Shown here one piece after another: positions 59,608 to 64,000 of a stretch of DNA of 64,000 nt. Where the stretch lies: assembly GCA_963729625.1 (NCBI GenBank), contig CAVSOU010000008.1:736001-800000 (forward strand), in the 5' to 3' direction. The position numbers and the translations under genes were made by a program. The DNA comes from an uncultured bacterium. Its GTDB lineage: Bacteria > Chloroflexota > UBA5177 > JANWHV01. The first letter of the stretch is position 1. Each line of letters opens with the position of its first letter. A model generated the notes under the pieces. It had not been told where the DNA came from. It did no database searches and saw only the letters and a list, made by a program, of their open reading frames with translations.

Positions 59608-60426
59608 ATGCGTATTGCCATCGTCGGCGCCGGCATCATGGCTGAGGCCATCATCAAGGGTATCCTGGGCAAGGGCCTGTGCGGCCCTGATTCCCTGGTT
59701 GCCAGCGATCCCCGCGACGAGCGCCGCACCTTTCTCCAGATGCAGTATGGCATCCGGCTCCACGAATCGAACGTCGACGCGATCGAAGGCGCCACGGTCG
59801 TCATCCTGGCCGTCAAGCCGCAGAACATTCCCGCGGTGCTCAAGGACCTGGGACCTGTGTTGACGACGGATCAGGCGCTCATTTCGATTGCCGCGGGCAT
59901 TGCCCTGAGCACGCTCGAGCAGGGTTTCAGTCGCCAATCGATCGTGCGAGCCATGCCGAACACTCCGTGCCTGGTCGGCGAGGGGATGATCGTGTGGGTG
60001 CCGAACGCGTGGGTCACTTCGGCGCAGGTCGAGCTGACGCGCAGCATCTTCGGCGCGCTGGGTCGTCAGCTGCAAGTCTCAAACGAGTCGTTTCTGAACA
60101 TGGCGACCTGCATTTCCGGCTCGGGCCCCGCCTACCTCTTCCTCTTCATGGAGGCGCTCATCGATGCCGGTGTGCAGATCGGCCTACCGCGCTACATGTC
60201 GGAAGAGCTGGTCACGCAGACCGTGCTCGGGTCGGTCAAGCTCACGGCGGAATCCGAGCGCCATCCGGCAGCGCTCAAGAACGACGTGACGTCGCCCGGC
60301 GGCACGACGGCGCAGGCCCTCTACCATCTGGAAAAGGGCGGGCTTCGCTCGACCATCGCCGAAGCCGTGCTCGCCGCGTATCACCGCGCGCAGTCGCTGG
60401 GCAGGGCTGAGGGGGATCCCAGGTAG
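59608..60426 (+). CDS. proC: pyrroline-5-carboxylate reductase
   Basis: GAGIMA, LAVKPQ, SIAAG, RAMPNTP, SGSGPAY, VTSPGGTT. Confidence 0.95.
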   Translation: MRIAIVGAGIMAEAIIKGILGKGLCGPDSLVASDPRDERRTFLQMQYGIRLHESNVDAIEGATVVILAVKPQNIPAVLKDLGPVLTTDQALISIAAGIALSTLEQGFSRQSIVRAMPNTPCLVGEGMIVWVPNAWVTSAQVELTRSIFGALGRQLQVSNESFLNMATCISGSGPAYLFLFMEALIDAGVQIGLPRYMSEELVTQTVLGSVKLTAESERHPAALKNDVTSPGGTTAQALYHLEKGGLRSTIAEAVLAAYHRAQSLGRAEGDPR

Positions 60427-60791
60427 TCGCGAGCCGCGTTCTTGAGCACGGACAGCCCGAGAGTAGCGCAGCGCGGGCGGACTTTCAGCAGCTCAGGCCC
60501 CAGCTCTTTGGCAAGATCGTCGGCAGTCATAGTCTCCAGCTCGGCCAACGTCTTCCCTTGGACCAGCTCTGTGAGCAACGAAGCAGCTGCCTGGCTGATT
60601 GTGCAGCCCTGTCCTTCAAAGCTGATCTCTGCGAGACGATTCTCATCATCCAGTCGCGCATACATGCTGACGACGTCGCCGCACCCGGGATTGCTTCCGG
60701 AGGCATGGAGTGGCGCGCCTGCCAGCGACCCATGATTGCGTGGGTTCTCGAAGTAGTCGAGCAGAGTTTCGATGGCCGCTTCGCGGTTCAT
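60381..60791 (-). CDS. SufU/IscU-like Fe-S assembly protein
   Basis: NPRNHG, NPGCGD, GCTISQA, RPRCATL. Confidence 0.9.
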   Translation of the reverse strand: MNREAAIETLLDYFENPRNHGSLAGAPLHASGSNPGCGDVVSMYARLDDENRLAEISFEGQGCTISQAAASLLTELVQGKTLAELETMTADDLAKELGPELLKVRPRCATLGLSVLKNAARDYLGSPSALPSDCAR

Positions 60792-60888
60792 TGCACCTCC
60801 AATCTAGCATGTCTCGGACCAATGCGACACCACGTTTCCTCATTGACATGCGTTCGATTCGGCACTACTGTAGCTGCAGCGCCGGGAT

Positions 60889-61512
60889 GTGACCCGGCGC
60901 ATTTGGCTGAGAAGAGGGAAGGTTGCGACGGTGGGACAAAGGTCTGTATCTCTGGTCCGTTGGCTGATCGCGTGTGCGCTGCTCGCTACGGTCGCGGGAG
61001 TGGCCTGGCCTGGCGCGACGCAGTCCAGCGCGGCTGGCGCCGGCAAGGTCTATATGAATACGGCGTTGCACTACTCATTGACATATCCAACGGGATGGAC
61101 GCTCGACGCCAAGAAAGCGGCTAAGAGTATCGGCGCCATCGAAGGGACCATCAACTCGGTCGCTCTCGTCATTACCGCAGCGGACGATTCGGCCGTGTTC
61201 CAGGTCCTGGTGAAGACGACGGCGACAACGAATGCCACGATCACCGCGAATATCTCGGGGATGCTGAAAGAGGGCGCAAACTTGATCGGACCTGTCAAGT
61301 TTGGCACCGCGAAGGTCAAAGGCATTACGTACGTGTCGGGATGGGCTACAGAGAAGGCCAGCCCCACTCTGACCGCTTACGGCTACATCAACGGCGTGAG
61401 CCACGGCCGCTTCACATACTACGCGGGCGGCGCATACCTCTTGAAGCAGGCGAATTCGGCCGCCGACTACGCCGCAATGCAGAGTATTATGGGTAGCTTC
61501 ACGCTGCTCTGA
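60889..61512 (+). CDS. secreted PsbP-like protein
   Basis: Signal/TM N-terminus, YSLTYPTGW, terminal IMGSFTLL; start may be a later GTG. Confidence 0.65.
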   Translation: MTRRIWLRRGKVATVGQRSVSLVRWLIACALLATVAGVAWPGATQSSAAGAGKVYMNTALHYSLTYPTGWTLDAKKAAKSIGAIEGTINSVALVITAADDSAVFQVLVKTTATTNATITANISGMLKEGANLIGPVKFGTAKVKGITYVSGWATEKASPTLTAYGYINGVSHGRFTYYAGGAYLLKQANSAADYAAMQSIMGSFTLL

Positions 61513-61555
61513 CGTGCCGCGGCACAGGCGCGTTCCGGCCGCAGGCAGTGGCTCT

Positions 61556-61594
61556 CCCACCGAAGACCCGCCCGAAGGGCGGGTCTTCGGTGGG
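61556..61594. repeat. perfect 18-bp inverted repeat hairpin (terminator or REP-like)
   Basis: CCCACCGAAGACCCGCCC-GAA-GGGCGGGTCTTCGGTGGG, 44 bp after a stop codon; no U-tract. Confidence 0.75.
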
Positions 61595-61741
61595 TCGTGA
61601 ATGGGAGCGTGGCTCTCACACGGGTGCCGATTGCCGCGCTTCTCGTATCGACGCGCCACGCGCCGGGGGCTTGACGGAGAGAGCTCCCTTGTGGGTCGGG
61701 GAGCGCCGGCGGGCAGGACAGAGCCGGTTGCGGACGGCCAC

Positions 61742-61966
61742 CTCTTCACCCGGATTGATCCGGCGGCGAACCCTGCCATCCGCTTTCAAGCGGAGGCTCG
61801 TTGACTATTGCCAGGCCCAAGGTCGCACCTTGACTTTGGGCGATTACTGGTGAACCTCGGGCGCCGCCCATAAGGCATGGCAGAAGTAATGGCAGCCGCT
61901 CCAGCCGGTGCTGCTCGGCAGCAGCAGCACTAGGCCGAAACAGCGGCCGTATGTTACGGTGAAGAG
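61742..61966 (+). ncRNA. candidate structured ncRNA or cis-regulatory leader, unassigned family
   Basis: At least eight complementary segments nested inside closing helix 61742-61750/61958-61966; G-U pairs favour the plus strand. Confidence 0.55.
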
Positions 61967-62021
61967 CGTGCCTTCAGCGCGGATCCTCCGGGATCGGAGC
62001 GCCTCAGGTTGGGAGTACCGA

Positions 62022-62963
62022 ATGCAGCAGGAGATCACGCGGGAACAGGCATGGCCTTCGGGTCAACCGTCGCTGACCCATCGGTGGGAGGCAATCCCTC
62101 GAAGCACCATGCTTGGCCTGCTGATGGTCGTTCTAGCCTGGGTCGTGTCCTGGGGACAGCTTTACCCGTTCGCGCAGTTCTACTTCTTTCCCATCTGGCT
62201 GGGGTACATCCTGCTTGTGGATGGCATTGTGCTGGCGCGCCGAGGCGCATCGCTCCTCGAGCAGGGCACAGCCCAATTCGTCGCCCTCTTTGCTCTATCA
62301 GCCATGTGCTGGTGGATCTTCGAGGCGCTCAACTATCCTGTACAGAACTGGTTGTACCACGGCGTCAGCCAGTACACGTCACTCGAGTTCACTGCCTTCG
62401 CCACGCTTCCATTCAGTACCGTGTTGCCCGCGGTCCTGGAGACCGCGACGCTCGTGGGCTCCTTTGTGCCGGCGTCTCGCTACCGCGTTCTGACGAAGGC
62501 GCAACCCTCGAGGCGGCTTGTCGGCCTCCTCATGTTGCTTGGCGTCGGCGCATTTCTGGCGCCCTGGATCTGGCCCGACACGACCTATCCCTTCATCTGG
62601 ATCTCGCTCATCTTCATTCTGGAGCCAATCAACTGGCTGGCTGGCCGGCCTTCGATCTTCAGGCTGATGCGAACCGGAAGGATCGCGATGCTGTGCACGC
62701 TCTTCCTGGGCGGCATCACGTGTGGATTCTTCTGGGAGATGTGGAACTACTACTCCTACCCAAAGTGGTCGTACGTGTTGCCGAGCATCACCGCGCCAAA
62801 GCTGTTCGAGATGCCTTTACCCGGGTACCTTGGCTATCTGCCGTTCTCGCTCGAGCTGTATGCCGCGTATAACGTCGCCCTGCTGATTGCGGGCGCTACC
62901 AGCAGCTTCGAGCGCGTGATGCAACTGCCTCGGCACGTGAAACCCAGGAAATTGGCCGGCTAA
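62022..62963 (+). CDS. uncharacterised integral membrane protein
   Basis: Many TM segments with WWIFE, GFFWEMWNY..PKW, KLFEMPLPGYLGY; GGGAG RBS before ATG 62022. Confidence 0.8.
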   Translation: MQQEITREQAWPSGQPSLTHRWEAIPRSTMLGLLMVVLAWVVSWGQLYPFAQFYFFPIWLGYILLVDGIVLARRGASLLEQGTAQFVALFALSAMCWWIFEALNYPVQNWLYHGVSQYTSLEFTAFATLPFSTVLPAVLETATLVGSFVPASRYRVLTKAQPSRRLVGLLMLLGVGAFLAPWIWPDTTYPFIWISLIFILEPINWLAGRPSIFRLMRTGRIAMLCTLFLGGITCGFFWEMWNYYSYPKWSYVLPSITAPKLFEMPLPGYLGYLPFSLELYAAYNVALLIAGATSSFERVMQLPRHVKPRKLAG

Positions 62964-63023
62964 GTCGACCGCGCCCAGCGCCTATCCACTCGTTATGCAC
63001 CAGATCGCAGTGTATAAGCCTAT

Positions 63024-63053
63024 TTCACAACTCTTGACGCATAGTGTTACAAT
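63024..63053 (+). promoter_or_regulatory. sigma70-type promoter upstream of maf
   Basis: TTCACA-N18-TACAAT with TG extension (TGTTACAAT). Confidence 0.5.
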
Positions 63054-63155
63054 GGCGGCACATGGAAGGACACGCGGCCCGGTGGGCCAAGACACACCGC
63101 GGTAATTTTTCCACTCGCCGCGGACGGTCTGCCGGGCCCGGGTAAGCGACGTTTC

Positions 63156-63815
63156 GTGTCGCTGTTTGTTACCCCTCTCGTGCTGGGTTCCAGCTCCCCT
63201 CGCCGTCATCAGTTGCTGGGCTATCTCGGTGTTCCCTTCACGATCGATCCGAGCACTGTCGACGAGACGCCCCCTCCAGACACGCCACCCCCTGATGTGG
63301 CACGTATCCTGGCCGAGCGAAAGGCGGTCGACGTTGCGAGCAGGCACAGCGGATCAGTAGTGATCGGCGCCGATACGCTCGTCGACATGAACGGGCGAAT
63401 ACTCAACAAGCCCATCGATGGCGAGGATGCCGTGAATATGCTGCGCACGCTCTCCGGCGCAACCCATCTGGTGCACAGTGGTATCGCCGTGTGGCGAGCG
63501 GGACGCGTCATCAGCCGGGTTGTCTCGGCCAGCGTGACCATGCACCCGGCGACCGATGCCGCGATCCGTGCGTACGTCGCCGGTGGCGAGCCAATGGACA
63601 AGGCCGGGGCCTACGCCGCTCAGGGACGAGGCGCGGCTCTCATCGCGCGTGTTGACGGATCGTATCTCGCCGTCGTCGGCTTGCCGCTGCTGGCGCTGCG
63701 CTTGCTCTTGCTCGATGCCGGACTCCCGCTGGGTGCGGATACTGCTGTGCTGGAGCGCCTCGAGCGGGGCGAGCTCATCCCGCGGAGCGCCGGTAACCCG
63801 ACTCCGCTCAACTGA
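63156..63815 (+). CDS. maf: Maf family nucleoside triphosphate pyrophosphatase
   Basis: SSSPRR, KA, GADT, KP, LSG..H, DKAGAYAAQG, VVGLP. Confidence 0.93.
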   Translation: MSLFVTPLVLGSSSPRRHQLLGYLGVPFTIDPSTVDETPPPDTPPPDVARILAERKAVDVASRHSGSVVIGADTLVDMNGRILNKPIDGEDAVNMLRTLSGATHLVHSGIAVWRAGRVISRVVSASVTMHPATDAAIRAYVAGGEPMDKAGAYAAQGRGAALIARVDGSYLAVVGLPLLALRLLLLDAGLPLGADTAVLERLERGELIPRSAGNPTPLN

Positions 63816-64000
63816 GCTATCCTGTTGCAGATGAGTCGCGGCCCCGGAGTCGAGGCGCTCAGTCGCCGCGACCGGCCCGGGACCGTGACCGCCGCGGTGG
63901 GCACGAGCCCGCCAGCGAAGCGCGGTGAGGGGACGCCTGATCGCCGTGTCATATACTTTGGCGCAGGTTGAGTTGGGAGAGCAGCAGGATGGATTTCCAA

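Noticed and set aside
60381-60426. 46-bp convergent overlap of proC and the sufU-like gene
   Set aside because: Short tail-to-tail overlaps are common (also 9360-9391); no extra signal.
61513-62020. RNase P, tmRNA, SRP, 6S, T-box, cobalamin or c-di-GMP riboswitch
   Set aside because: Hallmark sequences (GAGGAAAGUCC, tRNA-like ends, SRP CAGG-GRAA-AGCAG loop, T-box UGGNACC) not found on either strand.
63989-64000. Start of next gene (MDFQ), possibly radC after maf
   Set aside because: Only four codons are visible.

Overview
GC-rich bacterial chromosomal segment, probably Chloroflexota (inferred from gene content only). Intact housekeeping genes (lgt, mutY, thrC, proC, sufU-like, maf, ppx, an OmpR-family regulator, an ECF sigma/anti-sigma pair) alternate with accessory or decaying DNA: a back-to-back IS110/integrase-type transposase chimera, a RelE/XRE toxin-antitoxin pair, folD, URO-D, ROK, MFS and histidine-kinase remnants, a shattered STAND ATPase, an IS5 fragment and a REP-like element. 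Best candidates for new biology: (1) an unannotated ~225-nt multi-helix, possibly pseudoknotted intergenic RNA at 61742-61966; (2) a Gfo/Idh/MocA + ROK remnant + pflC + pflD glycyl-radical cluster suggesting PTS-independent anhydro-sugar catabolism; (3) a coupled ParB/Srx-domain + metallophosphoesterase pair; (4) a catalytically degenerate Zn-finger Mrr-like protein upstream of an orphan cheY-cheX pair; (5) a LexA-box-preceded small membrane protein; (6) a decayed ~38-aa peptide tandem repeat. No rRNA, tRNA or CRISPR array was recognised. All family calls come from motif recognition by eye, not database searches.
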